Shown piece by piece: positions 27,650-42,482 of a stretch of 64,000 nucleotides of DNA. The notes under the pieces are model-generated. The model had not been told where the DNA came from, did not search any database, and saw only the letters and a program-made list of their open reading frames with translations. How positions within the stretch are numbered: position 1 is the stretch's first letter; each line of letters starts with the position of its first letter. The position numbers and the translations under genes are program-made. This DNA is from the human T2T-CHM13v2.0 reference genome, Homo sapiens. The stretch is taken from the NCBI RefSeq assembly GCF_009914755.1, contig NC_060927.1, one strand, 5' to 3'.

Positions 27650-28559
27650 TAGTACACATTTCTTTTATAAGTTGGAGATAGCTAGCTCTAGGTTGTGGGT
27701 AGAGATTCCTAATTCTGGAGATAGCTTCGCCAGGCATGGGTGTGCAGGGAAGAACGGAAAAGTAGTTGCTGATACTATAGACGCACATCTCCTAGAGAAT
27801 GTAGGGGAGGGTGGGCGAGATAGGGGATAGAATTTCTAGGTTCCTCTTTCACACCCATCCTGGCTTTTCAAGCTTCCATTGGGAATGAAGGTCAAACAGA
27901 AGAAACAGATATGTTCTTAGTTTCTTTGTGCCAGTCCCAGATGCCTCAGAACAACAAATAATAGTTTCCAGAAAATAATGAGAGACTGTATGTGTGTGGG
28001 TGTGTTTGTGAGATTGGTAGGGACAGAACAGGAGTCTCAGTAAAATAGTAAATAGAGATGACAAATGTTACTCAGTTCCTGGGTGTATCGGGAGCTAAGC
28101 TTCTTTCCAGCTGTGGAGAAAGAATACGTGTAAGAACAAGAGCTACAGGTGTTTCTACTAGATATCACCTAGGCTAGTGCTATTACAGACAGACACACAC
28201 AGACACACACATATAAATATAACCATATATAAATATAATATTAAAACCATGATTATAAATATCATATTATATGGTTATAAAACTGTGATTAATTTTCTTA
28301 AATCTAAGGTGCTAAGTAAGAGGAAAGGTCATTTGCCAAGAATTAACAGTGTGGAGTCAGGTTTGTAGTTAAAACATTATCAAAGTTATTTGAGAAAAAT
28401 TCATTGTGAAAGGTAATAGGAAGTCACTGAAATGCAGAGCAATAGTAAAAGTCAAGAGAAATCAGCCTGTGGTTTTAGTGGGAAAAAAAATACTTTCGTG
28501 ATTGTCTTCAGCAAGCATGATTTCGTCTAAATTTTCAAAATTTGTAGAAAAGAGGTACC

Positions 28560-28645
28560 ACATTATTTCTTTACACAGATAAAGAATTAAGGCACAGAGA
28601 GGATAGTTCCTACCCTGAGATCATATAGCTTACCAGTGGTTTTTC
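28560..28645 (-). mobile_element. MIR fragment
   Basis: acagataaagaattaaggcacagagagg...gatcatatagct. Confidence 0.6.
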
Positions 28646-28819
28646 AGTCTGTATTGTGAGTTGACAGAGGTTTTCTTCCCTCCAAAACCTTGTCCTTGAT
28701 TTATGTCATATAAAGGAATCACTGAGGAGGTTTCAAATGCAGTTTTAATGCAGAATAGAATTTTGTTTCTTTATTCAGTTATCTCTGAAATTGACAAATT
28801 GCTAGTTAAAAACAAAACC

Positions 28820-29750
28820 TAAACAGAAACTTTCATTCATTGCTGGTGGAAGTAGAAAATGGTGCACCCATTTTGAAAGACAGCATGGCAGTTTCTTACA
28901 AAGCTAAACTTAGTGTTACCGCATAATCTAGCCATCGTTCTTACAGATATTTATACACATGATTTGAAAACTTACGTCCACACAAAAACCTGCATGCAAA
29001 TGTCTATGGATTTTTCAGTCATAGTTTCCAAGAACTAAAAGCAACCAAGATGTCCTTCAATAGGGGAATAGTTTATCCACGCTACATTCAAACACTGAAA
29101 TACTATTTAACAATAAAAAGGACTGAGACATCCAATCTTGAAAGATATAGTTCAATAACAAGTACATATAGGTAAGCGAAAGAAGATAGTTTTAAGACGC
29201 TATAGAGTATTTGCCACTTATATGATATTCTGGAAAAGGAATTCTGTAGAGATGGTAAAACAGATTAGTGGTTGTCAGTAGATCAGGGAAAGAGGGGAAG
29301 ATTGGGCAAGTGAAACAAACGGTATATCTTAGAACAGTGAACTATTCTGTATGATATTGTAATGTTGAATGCATAACACCATGAATTTCTGAAAACTTTT
29401 GGAAATTTACAGTACAAAGAGTGAATCTTAAAGTATATAAATTAAAACCAAAAACTTTAGGAGGTTTTGGATTCCAGGATGGAATGTGAAATGTAGTATA
29501 AAGATCTAAGTGCACTATAAGTATATGAAATAACCTCACTGAAGGGGATAGAGGATAAGATAATGACCTAAATATCTTTGGAAATGAGTGGAGTCTACAA
29601 GCTTAAAGGCAAAAGAAACTATATATAAACACAATACTATAATTAATAAAGGTTTTTCCATTGTGGTGGGTATAGGTTAGCAATTTGGAAGCTGCTACAC
29701 AAGTATACCAGAATTGAACAAATAAGCAAATGTAGGGATCCAGGTTTCTA
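28820..29750 (+). mobile_element. L1MC3-like 3' region
   Basis: tcattcattgctggtgg...aaaacttacgtccacacaaaaacctgca...caggatggaatg...aacctcactgaagggg. Confidence 0.78.
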
Positions 29751-29767
29751 ACTTTTGTTCAATATTG

Positions 29768-30342
29768 TTCAAAATAGAATTACCATATGATCCGCCAGTT
29801 ATACTTCTAGGTGTATACCCAAAAAATTTAAAGCAAGGATTTGTACAAATATTTATATACCCATGTTCATAACAACATTATCCACAATAATCAAAATGTG
29901 AAAGCAATGCATGTTTATTAACAGATAAATGGACAAACAAAATGTGGGATATATGTACACTGGACTATTATTCAACCTTAAAAATAAGGGAATTCTGACA
30001 CATGTTACAAGATGAGCTTTGATTGCCTTATGCCAAGTGAAATTAGTCGGTCACAAAAAGAAAAATACTGCATGATTTTATTTAAATATGGTACATAGAG
30101 CAGTCAAATTCATAGAGACAGAAAGTAGAGTGATAAATACCAGGGGCTGAGGAGAGGGGCAATGGGGAGTTCATTGTTTAATGAGTATGGTATAGAGTTT
30201 TAGTTTGAAAAGATGAAAAAAGTTCTTAGGATAGATAATGATGATGGATATACAATAATATGAATTTACTTAATGCCACTGAACTGTACATATAAATGGT
30301 TGACTGGAATTTTTAATAAATATAATTTACCATAATAAAAAT
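29768..30342 (+). mobile_element. L1MB2/3-like 3' end
   Basis: atagaattaccatatgatcc...gtcaaattcatagagacagaaagtag...taatgccactgaactgtaca. Confidence 0.85.
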
Positions 30343-32111
30343 ACATGGATTACAGATAGCTATGCAAATTTTAACTCATAACATGAAATAATTTGAGAAA
30401 TCTGATATGCACATTTAATATGTTGTTATTTTACTGGTCCTTCAAAATGAATCAGTGTACTTAAGCACCTAGAAAAAAACATTGATCTTACACATTGATA
30501 AAGATATTAGGGTTTTAGTGATTGCACATATTCTAAGAAACTATAATTCTGTGAACAAGAAAACAAAGAAATATATAAAGTTAACTGTGTACCAGCAGAT
30601 AACAGCCTTCTCTTTCATCAATAATATAGGAGAAAGACATTCCATTAAACAAACTTATTGCCCTCTTTGCTACCTCCACCTGCCCCTTAACCCATATTAT
30701 TACTTGCATCAATCTTGAGTCACACAGAATCACTTAAGCCTCTCTGAGCTACACTCTCTGACTTTTAACACCAAACACTTTCTTCACATAACATATTTGT
30801 TGCTCCATACATTATTTGGATAAAAAAACTCTCCTAACAGAAGGACTATTAACTTTCACTATCGCTTTTATTTATTAACCTGGGACAGCAAAAGATTTTT
30901 TAAAAATCCAATAATGTTAACAAAGCTAAGTAGCTCATCCTTTGTAAATCCATTGTTCATTGCGTATAGGACATTTTATATTAAAAACCTTAGACAAATT
31001 CTAGTTTTGATAGCTACTATAGGATAATTTTGTATTATAAGTCATTTTCTACAGACATACGGCTGTAAGTATGTGATATATATATACCATTTCTTTCTCC
31101 GAAAACTCACATAGGAGTTTCCCACCTCTGCCAGCATTAGTATTGGTCATTCTTTTATCACAGGGAGAGGTGAGCCAGCTCACTCTTCCACTGTGTTGAA
31201 AAGTAGTGACTCTCATTCCACAGGGGCAAATGATTCAGGAGTGAGATATCACAAAATAACCATGATTTAGAATAAGGATTGTATAAAAACATGACCTTAA
31301 TGAATAACTCTTCAATAAATACTTCTCATGGTATCAGGTAGATTCAAAGTTTCTTTTGCAGTCTTATGAGGTAGTTGGAAGAGATGAATAGAATTCTGGA
31401 ATATGGGCCAGATGGCATATTTGAAACCCAGTGGGATAAGCCAGATGGAATGCTGCTTTTCTGCCCATTTATGCATGAATAGAAAATAGTAGGGGGATGG
31501 TCCTGAAGCCTGTTGACAATAATGATTTTCCAAAGGTTTCCTGTTGTTCCTGTGGTTGGTGTGTGCATATGTGTGTATGTGTTTGGTGTAGATATATTTA
31601 GATTAAAATAGGAGGAGTGACTTTTAAAATAGAAAAAGTGAGTGGATAGCAATTGGCCATCATTGTTATAGATTCGTAATTCCGAAAAACGTGTACCAAT
31701 TTTAAATAATTATGAGCAAAAAAAAAAAAAAAAAGCAAGCTGTTAAAAAGAAGTTAAGCTCATTAGCATTAGTAAGTACAATGTATTGTGGGACACTTTT
31801 TGTGTGAGCGTCACTGAGTGTGGTGCTTTTTTGTGTGCATGTGAGAGAACATTAAAAATAGAAATCAAGTTAGGAAGAAAGGACTTTTACACAGTGAGAA
31901 TAAAGTAGGATTGAGAAGTAAAGTTTTGGTGAGTTCCTGGGACTTTACCACCCAAAGGACAGTTTGTTCATTCCTAGGCATTTGTCCTTTTCAATTTACA
32001 CCAGGGGTGGGGGAGGTAGGGTAATGATTTTCAAAGTGGCTATTTCTTGAAAGCTGTAGATTGTTTGTTTGTCTGTTTGTTTGTTTTAACTCAAATAACA
32101 AATTAGCATAG

Positions 32112-32491
32112 TGAATGTTTTAATTCAGCTGGTATAACAAATTATTATAGGCTAAAACAACAAACTGATTTCTCTTGGTTCTGGAGGCTGGAAGTTGAAG
32201 ATCAAGACACCAGCCAACATGGTTGTGTTCTTGGTGAGGGTCCTTCTCCTGGTTATGTCCTCACATGCCTTACTTTTGTGCATACAGGCAGAGAAAGAGA
32301 GAGAGAGAGAAAGAAACTCGCTGTTTTTCCCTCTTTTTTATAAGAGCTCTTATGATTCCATCATGGGGACTCTATCCTCAAAACCTCACGTAAACCTAAT
32401 TACTTCCCAAAGGCCTCCCCTTCAAATACCATCACACTGGTGATCAGGGCTTCAACACCTGAATTTGAGGGAGACACATTTAGTCCATAGC
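32112..32491 (-). mobile_element. MLT1A-type solo LTR
   Basis: ttctggaggctggaagtt...taaacctaattacttcccaaaggcc...ggcttcaaca...agtccatagc. Confidence 0.82.
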
Positions 32492-32501
32492 TGTGAGCCA
32501 G

Positions 32502-32533
<32 letters not shown>

Positions 32534-32700
32534 ACCACACATTCATGAACTAAAAGCAAATGTTTCCTCAAACAATATTTATCTTTACCGTGTATCACGC
32601 ACTAGCAGTTTCCGTTGGTTTTTTATTCTATTCTAGTTACCACTTAAATGCTCATTGTGATCCATTGAATTGGTTTCATGATTCATTAATAGGCTACAAA
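32492..32700. mobile_element. hAT-Charlie (MER119-like) fragment containing (CA)n at 32503-32540
   Basis: (CA)n followed by ccattgaattggtttcatgattcattaat; a similar Charlie-like end lies at about 16100-16215. Confidence 0.45.
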
Positions 32701-33889
32701 AACAAAAGCTCTGTCATAGTGAGTCTGATAAATTATTTTTCTAAAATGCTCATCCTTAATCCTCAACATTTACCTATCCTTTTTGACGTTTCTGATCATG
32801 AGTCAACAACTCCTGAAATAATCTTTTCCTTCAAAGAATTTCAAAATAGTTATGTAACAATTGTACTATTATAGTTTATTTTGTTGTTCCCTGTTCATTT
32901 AAGATAAAATTTTCCTTAAACCAAAAAGCAGCAAATTAGTTAAATAGCAGCAGACAAATAGTAAGAAATGATGTTTATTCTAAGAAAATAGTATCCTCTT
33001 GTGTTATGTGAAAACTAGTAAAAGTATCACAAAGCAAGGTGTAGCCAGTGGTCCTCCCTTAACTTGTCATGTGTGGATTTCATGATTCTAAACTTAAGGG
33101 GGAGCAAAGAGTGAGATGGGCATGGCATGTATTTTGGCAGTGACTGGCAAGGAGCCAGTGTGATTCACAGTCATTCAACCTGCCGCTCCCTTTGCTTCCT
33201 CGTTGGGCTCCAGAATTTTTCAAGTTTAATTCCTTGCTCTTGCCCTGCTTATCATTGTACTTTTACCTTAACCTTGAGCTCAGCAGTCCCAGTTGGTAAA
33301 GCTCTGTTACTTGAAGCAACAAGAGAGTTAGAAACTTTTTTGTACTATTTTTTTTGATGAAAATCGTTCACTGCTGGAAACTGTTCTAACTCCCCTTAAG
33401 ACTTGGTCTATGCTCCTGGATTTTTCAGAAGCCTTTCCTGCCCCCATGGTGCTTTTGAAGAGATTGCTTTTTTCAATTATCTATAGCATATCTTCAAAAT
33501 GCTCCTGTGAAGGTGTATGTGTTTGCACCTTATGAAATCATTCTAAATACAGCTTGACTGAACACAGCTAAAGGTAAGCCAGAATCAAGAATAACTAATA
33601 ACTTAGGCCTTAAACAATTAAGGAGCTGAAACAATATAATTGTCCATTTAAAAGACTAATGGCAGTCTTTTATGATCTTTGCTTACTATTTATGTACAAT
33701 TACCATGCGGTACAATATGGATTGTGCATACAATTAAGCACGTGCTAAATGCACTTGTTATAGGTTTTATTTGATTACCACTCTAAACTTTATTCATGTT
33801 TATACAATTTCATAGTTCATTGCTCATTTAACATCTGCTCATAATTTTAAAATGGCTGGGAAATTGCTCTGTACTTAGGAATTAAGGGG

Positions 33890-34010
33890 TAACTTGGCAC
33901 CAAATAGGAGATTAGATTCCTGAACTCTATACATGACTCATTGAAAAGTGAGCTATGTGACCTTCGAGCATATCATTTAATATTCTGGGTTCTCAGTTTC
34001 TCCAAATATA
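33890..34010 (+). mobile_element. MIR fragment
   Basis: agctatgtgaccttcgagca...tctcagtttctcc. Confidence 0.6.
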
Positions 34011-34279
34011 TACATTTATAGTAGACAAATAGAGAGATAGAGACATGGATGAGAAAGAGAGACAGAGAGTGTGTGTTTGTTAAATTGCAGCAAAGAGAGA
34101 GAACAGAGTTATCAGAGCATGAATAAAAGGGAGGGTTAGTAAACAAACAGGCCATGTTTAAAGACTGTCAGAATAAGTATTTATTAAATAATTTGGTTGA
34201 AATTTTTTGCTTAATTGATCACAGTTTAAATCTTACAAAATAAAATTCAGATTTTACACAATCAAAATAAATACAGAAT

Positions 34280-34580
34280 AGCTGGATGCGGTGGCTCATA
34301 CCTATAATCCCAGCATTTTTGGAGGTCAAGGTCAGTGGACAGCTTGAACCCAGGAGTTCGAGACCAGCCTGGGCAACATGGAGAAACCTCATCTCTACTA
34401 AAAATACAAAAATTAGCCTGGTGTGGTGGTATGCACCTGTAATCCTAGCTACTTGGGAGGCTGAGGTAGGAGGAGTGCCTGAGTCGGAGGCAGAGTTTTC
34501 AGTGAGCCAAAATTGTGCCATTGCACACCAGCCTGGGTGATAGAGCCAGACCTTGTCTCAAAAACAAATAAAGAATAAAT
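34280..34580 (+). mobile_element. Old Alu (AluJb/Sz-like)
   Basis: Full dimer with A-rich tail; gcttgaacccagg and gggcaacatgg. Confidence 0.93.
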
Positions 34581-35098
34581 GAGATAACTGAACAATGTAT
34601 TCTTTGTTTCAGTTTATCTTTGTGTTGTGACTTTTGCTTTTGTTCAAGATTATTCTTACAGTTTTGGTGTAGGAAGCTAATAGATTAATCAAATATATAG
34701 TTTGTTTTAAAACCTTTGGAATAACATTGTATTCTGTTTTATTTAACTATATAGGTTTCTCGGTAAAGTAAATATCTGAAGTACAAATTATATAACAAAA
34801 TAATTATAATAAATTAGTGCAATGTATGAAATGTTAAATATGTGAAACAATGGAAGAAGATAATTTCTAAGATCTAATTAAATATAATTTAAGATGTTCT
34901 GGAAACATCAGCTGAAAGCAAGGAAGGAAAAAACAGAAAGAACAAGACACTTTTTCTTCTAGATTGTGTCTTCAATGTTAAATTAGATAACCAGTTCACA
35001 TACTTGTAATATATTTCAAAATGAGTGGAAATATTTAGACCAGTAATATTATTTTTAAACTGTCAGAAATTAAAACTATTTATTTTGTATCAGTTTTA

Positions 35099-35467
<369 letters not shown>

Positions 35468-38400
35468 TTACCACTTATGTCAAGAGAGATAATTGTATTG
35501 TAATATGGTGATGTCAAAATATTTAATAGTCAAAGATCTGGAATCATTGACTTTCCAAAATAGTCATTCTTGGATCTCATACATATATTCTATTTTCTTT
35601 ATAGATCAGAATTTTCTGTAGCTTAAAAGTGTATTACCAGTTTGTGTTCATTGTATTTTTTTATACCTTAAATTTTATTTTTTGTCTTAAGAATTTTGTT
35701 CTCTTCTCCTAAACATAGTTCAATTATTCCCTTTAATGATGCTATTTTTGGAGTTTTGGCTTCACAGAATTTGAATGTTTTTGTTATATTTTACTAGTTT
35801 CCATGACAACATAATCATTTTCTTCTTTGCCTTCTTTGGCTTGAAAAAAATAATTGACAGATGTCTCTTGCTCTCAATACTGTTTACTTTAAAAATTAAA
35901 TAAAACCATAAATAATAACACTTAGTTGCAAAGTATAGTAGGTAAATTGCCCAACTGAACTAATTAGTCATGTATAAAATTTGAGTTAATAACAACAGAT
36001 CATGTTTGATATTAAATTTTTCATATAAAGAAGAAAATACGACAACCATGGGTGTGTAGAAGGGAGTTTTGTAATTTCCTTATTTGAAACAAAGGTGACC
36101 TGGGATAAATTCTATTTTGTCCATAACTTCAAAGGTAAGAGAAAGAAAGATAACAAAGATAGATTTTACATATTGGTGAAACACTGAAAAACAAGTCTTC
36201 TTAGAGACAGGAAAAGGAATCAGAGAAAAGAAATAGATATTGTCACAGTATGTGTAATATGAATGACATTTAGAAATTTAAGTAGCAAAAATGAGTGTTT
36301 TCCATTTTATAGTGAGTTCAGTTTTGTTCTCCTTTGCATGGGTTGGGAATAAAGACTGACAAATCAGTGCTTAATAGCAGCATTAATGGTGCTAATTCCT
36401 GGCCAATAATAATGGGCAATAGTGAATCATATTTTGTCACCTGCTAATTGTCATGACCAGTGTTAGTAGTTGTAACTGAAGCAGAATATTTGAGGCACTG
36501 GAGAGGAAGCAAGATTCAGGAGGTTGCTGCAGAGTAGTCCAGGAAAGTTTTGACACATGCTTAAGTTATACACATTCTCAGTTATGGTAATAGAAATGTC
36601 AAGAGTAATCAGTGCTCATGAGCAGCTCATCTCCTTTCTGCACAGCTTTTTTCATAGAGTTCCTTCTATTCTTTTTCAACATCCATCAGTTTAGTTCTTC
36701 AGCCACACTTACTACAAAATCCTTCTCCATCTGGAAATATTTTACTTTCCAATTAAAGTGTTGGAGCCTCTAGGTAAAGGCCACTTCCTCACATCTGGGA
36801 TTAGAAGGTCAACACAGGCATGATAGTTACCCTTGTGATTCTATTATCTTTAACAAAGTTCCCTAAGCATTGCCCTGATTTCAAAAGAATAAAGATGTAT
36901 CCAGGGTTAGAATTAGGAATATGTCTTGTTGATAAAGCCTTAATTCAAATGACTTAGTTTAAATTATGTTAAAGTGTGGCAGCTATTGCATATTAATATC
37001 TTTATATCAAAATATTTTAATTTCTGATTATCTGTACATGTCTCATGCTACTGGTCACTTCTCTGTATTATTTTTATTTGTTTATATTCAACTAGTTAAT
37101 AATATTAATTAGTTGACATTATTTATAATTAACTATATATTCAATAACCCTAACCAATACTTTAAAATATTTTTAATATGTTGGCATGATACAATTTATC
37201 TTTGATTATTTACAGTAATCAAGTTGGCAGTTACTATTTTAAACATTATGGTCTTGCATGTGTCATACTTAACTTTTCTAAAATTATAGCACTTTTATCA
37301 TTATTTTAAACACTAAAGATATTTCTAAGATTGTTGAATGAATATTTGTAATTTCCCTGTTTATGTATATGGTTGTTACTATGCTATGTTAAACAATTGA
37401 GATTTTTAAAAAATTTTCAAAGCTTTCTCTTTTTTTTTGTTGCTTGAGTAAAATAACAGAAATGTAACCATAGCTTTTTGTTTGTTTAACGCAGCCAGTG
37501 TTTACCCTAATAATCTAAGTAGAATAAATCAGTGGGAATAACTAACAGACCGTTTTTCCAGAAATAATAAGACAGTTGAAAGAGAATGTGTTGGGGGAGT
37601 GCACAGATATTATTTAGATAATTAGCCCTATTTTCCACCTTATCTGGTAAAATTGTGTACTTTTCTTGCAATTTAAATAGACTAATATTAATGGAAGCTT
37701 ATATGTATAAATATTTATGTGTTAATAGATTTTATAAATGGCTACTAAAATGTTTTATATATAAATATCAAACACATAATTTGCTTTTCTGGAGAATAAA
37801 TTCTTTTTATATGAAATAAAAATGAAAGATACACTGACAGGTTATTTTGATTTATGAATTATATGACTTTTTAAAAAAATCTACATTTTTGGAATAAAAA
37901 TGTCTTTACATTGAAATACTATTATCCTAATAAACACTGTATTTTCACAGGTTATTCTCATTTTAATACACAATGAAGCTAACTTACATACGTATGGTAC
38001 TTTTTAAAATTTTTCATGAATTAAAAGGGATATTTCAGGTTGCTTTTCCCAGTATAGCTATTTTTACACAACAATATCTAGTGATTATAAGCACTTCTTT
38101 ACAATTTGTGAATAATTCCTATTTTTAAACTTTTCTCTAGAAATCTATTAGTTAAATTTAAGCTGAGCAAATAAGGTGTGTATATTAAGAAATAAATATG
38201 TAAGTCTGTTGAGGTTTTATGAACACTTTTTCTTATGAAAGTCTAACTAGTAGAACCATTTGTATACTTGAGTAGATTAATTCAAATAACTTTCTGGTGT
38301 ACTGCTTAGTATTTAGCATTGTCTATAAAATGTGTGGTTTCTCAAGAAGCTTAAAGTGACTTTCTGAATTGGTGTGTATCTGAAAGCACATGTTTTGATC

Positions 38401-40590
38401 AGAAATACTCTTTTAATAGTTTAATAGTTACATATATTTAGATATGCTAAAAGCTTCAAATGTTTTCAATCCTAAAATATGCTAATGACCAGTCTGCTAA
38501 TATTGCTTTATTCAGTGATTCTGTCTCTGTCTTCTGAATAAATTGTGGAACTTGGGAAAGGGTAAGGAAGAGGTAGAGATAAATATCTGTCAAGAACTTT
38601 TCATATGTAGGTCAAATTTGTGTATCTTTCACCTTCCAAAGAACTTTTTCTGTAGGATCATCATATTTGCAAACAGTGTAACAAGACTTTCGTGACTTTA
38701 GTAATCTCTCTGTATTGTCTGCCTTTGTTTTGCTTGTCTTTCCTAGATAAAATCATTTAACTCTAATCTATAGACTTTCACAGCCCTATATTCTGCAAGC
38801 ATCTAGACAGCGAGTCAGTCTTATGCCAGCCATTACTTTGATCTCTTACCCTGGTTTCCAGTGCCTGAATCTGATATCATCTCCACTAAATTAACTCTGC
38901 TTTGATTCTCTTTGAGAGTATGATTTTTTTTTTCTGAACTGAAAATCCTGTGTAGTACATAATTTTTAGTACTTATTTTTCCAGATATTAGAATCTTTTT
39001 CTCAAGTCCCAGTATTTGTTTTCAGATCTCCATGATTCCACCTTCTTATCAGTCTGGACCTCAGCCCCACTTGTTGATAAACTCAGCTCTAAAGTTGAGA
39101 CTTCCTGAAATCTCTCATATTTTCTGTTACAGAGCCCTGGCCCAATTTATTGAACCTCTATATGCACCAACAATTCCTTTCACCAAACTAACTGTAATTA
39201 TAAGACCAGACTAACAAGAGAACTTGAGCAATTTGGCCAGCCTGGTGGGTCTGGACATGCCATATTTATAGAAAACATTTAAAATATCAGCATAAAATTC
39301 TTGACTCCTTTTAAAGCATAATGGATTCTTAAATAGAAAAAGCCATATTGCAGTGTTCCACTGTCATAGCTACAAATTGATGATTCTTCCAGTTACATAT
39401 GGTATCTCCTTGACTTAGTATATCTATTACACATATTTGACAAACAAGCAAGATCAACATATTTTGCCTGCCCACTAAGTATTGATCTTCATTTTAGACA
39501 CTTTGATCAGATAAAATATAAAATACAAAAAATACATGGCCCCTTCAGGAGTTTATTAACTTACTGGTCAGGCAAAGCACACATGTGTATTTAGGGTGAT
39601 TGGGCCACCTCAAAGTAAATATATGGAAAATACAGTTACATAATTCTGATTAAATGTAAATATCTGCTCAAAATTGAAGAGATAAAAATGCATGAAGAAT
39701 TCAAAGAACCCAAAGCGGGTAACGAGTGGCTTACATGATGTTATATTAGATGCTATTAGGGGTTATTCATCAAAAGTCAGTATAGGTCAAAAAAAATCCT
39801 CATTGTTATGGAAGTTATTTCCTTAGAAAGTGCACAGTAACAATTTCAGGTTGAGAGTTTCCCTGCCATAGTCTGAGTGATATCAAAAATACATGAGGAG
39901 CTTTATGCTGAGTGACATGACACATCAGAACCTATTACTGGCTTTGAGAGTGATTTAGGATTAGAAAGGATATTGTAAAACAAGAAGTTATACAAGTAGT
40001 CATTAGTCAAACATACCTTCAGTGTGACGGAAATCAGATAGCAGGATGCACTGGATATTTTAACTACATTTATAACAGGAAACCAAAATATTGATAGAAA
40101 ATACAACAGAATAAATTATTGGGGGAGAGTGTTTTATAATGGTATAAGTAGTTTCCTCTGAACAAATGTTTCAGGAAACTGTATTTGCCACATGTTTGAA
40201 TTTCATTTTATCTAATAATAGGAATCATTTTCATAGGCATGTTCAATAGGTTTTTGTGAGACCTCCAAACCTAGTCTGAGAACTTTCACAGCTCCTTCTG
40301 AAACAACATGCTTTTATAATGGGGCCCTGTTGCATGTAGGTAAAGCCAAAATTTCAGCCAATCATAGTAGTATTTAGTTTAGTGAGATGAGATCTAGAGT
40401 AATTCTAAGGCTTTTAGTATATCCTAGGTTTTCAGGCTCTCCTCACATTGCTCCAGTTTGATATATAAATCTCTTCTCCCTAATTATAAGTGTAGTTTAA
40501 ATAGTTAAAATGAGAAAAATTTATTGGAACTAAAGTCAAATGAAATATAATTAAATAGGAGGGAATTGTATAACTGTCATTTTTTATATG

Positions 40591-40780
40591 CAGTGTTGGT
40601 TGGTAAAGCAGTTCCAAGTTAATTAATCTACGAGTGTCCTGATTTGTAGTATTTGTTAACTTCTGTGGTATAACTACTTCCTCTTTGGTCAATTTCATTC
40701 TACTAATTGGTTCACAAAATTTCCTAATATTTAACAATTGGCACTCATGAGCCAGTAGTGCAGGTTCCAGTACAACATTA
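40591..40780. mobile_element. MER63-like (hAT-Blackjack)
   Basis: cagtgttggttggtaaa...cctgatttgtagtatttg...gagccagt...ttccagtacaacatt. Confidence 0.65.
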
Positions 40781-41159
40781 ATATGCAGTTCTTTAACCTA
40801 ATAGATGTAGGAGAAGACAGCTTTATTATATAGGATTTCGAGCCTGTAACAAATGCCATTAAGATCAAATATGTTATCACTTTCTGCTTGAGTTTGTTTT
40901 GTAAATGTCTGAAGACATAGTTTTCCACTTGGAAGTTCTCTGTATAATAATGATACTGTATCATCAGTACTTGTGTTTCTCTCCACAGCCTATCCACAGT
41001 CTCAGTGATTTCTAAGAAAGAACACCCACCCCTATCTCAATCTTTGTGAGATGGCCACCTCCTGGGTTTAAAAATGGACTTTTAACTGGCTGTATCCTCA
41101 AACAATAGAATGAAACAAGACATCCTCACTTCATCTTCCCATAACCCTTCTAAATGGAA

Positions 41160-41240
41160 AACAGCATTTTTATTTTACAGATGAGAAAGCTCAAGCTCAA
41201 ATTTATTTTTCTAAGATCATTCATACAATAGCTCAGACAC
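41160..41240 (-). mobile_element. MIR fragment
   Basis: attttacagatgagaaagctcaagctca. Confidence 0.55.
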
Positions 41241-41869
41241 TCCCCAGGCTTTTCTTCCTCTTCTTCTTTTTTTTTAGCTTAAATTATACAGTGATTTCTG
41301 GTTCCAGCAAAAGTGTGGAATGGATGAAAGAGGATTGTCTTCCATTATAATATATAGCCATAATCAAAAGAACCATATTTATGGGTATGAAAAGGAAGAA
41401 GGCTTAAGGTCTGAGCAGGGATCCTGCAAACTGATGTTACATAAACACATATTGTATCAGACAAAAGTCCCACGGGCAAGTAGATAAACTTTCAGTGCCC
41501 ACAGGAGAAGAACTATGTTTTGTCTTGTCCACATAGAGGATGTTAATTTGTATTCTGTCTATCCAAAGAAGCAATAAAGAAGTTTGAAATTGCCTAGATG
41601 TTTTGGTAAAGGAAAAGGCAGACCCATTAACAATCAAAGCCCTAGTCTTTTTGCATATTCTGACATTGAATCCAGGTTATATCACCCATTTTGCTGGTCT
41701 CCTAAGTGAAGAATATAACCAGTGAGTTATGGAACTGTGAAGATCCTAAGATGCCAATGAAAAGCAGACCAACAAAATCATTCTATAAAACAATTACCAT
41801 CTATAGAGTATAGAAAAACCACAGGAAAAATTTAAAATTCCTATCGAACATGAGCTAACGATAAAAAAA

Positions 41870-42180
41870 TTTAAAACAAACAATGAAATGCTGCTTCTGA
41901 AATGTCAGCAGAAATAAAAAAGAATAGAATTCAAAACTCACAAAGTTTTATAATAAATCAACTTGTGAGAAATAATAAAGTTAGAATGTTTCACTGATTA
42001 AATATAAAAGGGGATTATAATATACAATATAACATATTTTAAATATAAAATTAGAACTTCTAGCAATGAATGTGTATAATAATAAAGTTAAAACACTGAT
42101 TACATAGATTGGACCTAGTTAAAAAGAGATGTGAGAATGGAGGATGAACTTGAGGAAATTATCAGAGAGAGCAGAAAATG
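41870..42180 (+). mobile_element. Ancient L1 ORF1/HAL1-like fragment
   Basis: tagaacttctagcaatgaa...tggaggatgaacttgaggaaattatc resembles decayed ORF1 coiled-coil coding sequence. Confidence 0.45.
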
Positions 42181-42482
42181 TCTACCAGGTGGAACCTCTG
42201 AACTTGATTTTCAGGGTATACTTGAGCATGGGAAAGAGACACATTTTAAAGACATTTCTGGCAATAAATCTTAAGCCAAAATGATAAATAAGGGCAACTA
42301 CACTGACTGTGAACTCATTCTAAGATATGATTTCTAATGACTCAATATAAAAATGCTGTTTTGTGCATCAATACTTAAAAAATGTTTTATATTTGAGAGA
42401 ACATTTTTTCTTTGAACACTAGAATCTCTGGCATCTTTTGGTGGTGTGGTGATGTTTATGAGTCAAATGCTGCCTTGATTGT

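Noticed and set aside
37951-37991. Possible 41 nt plus-strand exon (ttttcacag|...|gtatgg)
   Set aside because: No recognisable peptide or partner exons; such signals occur by chance
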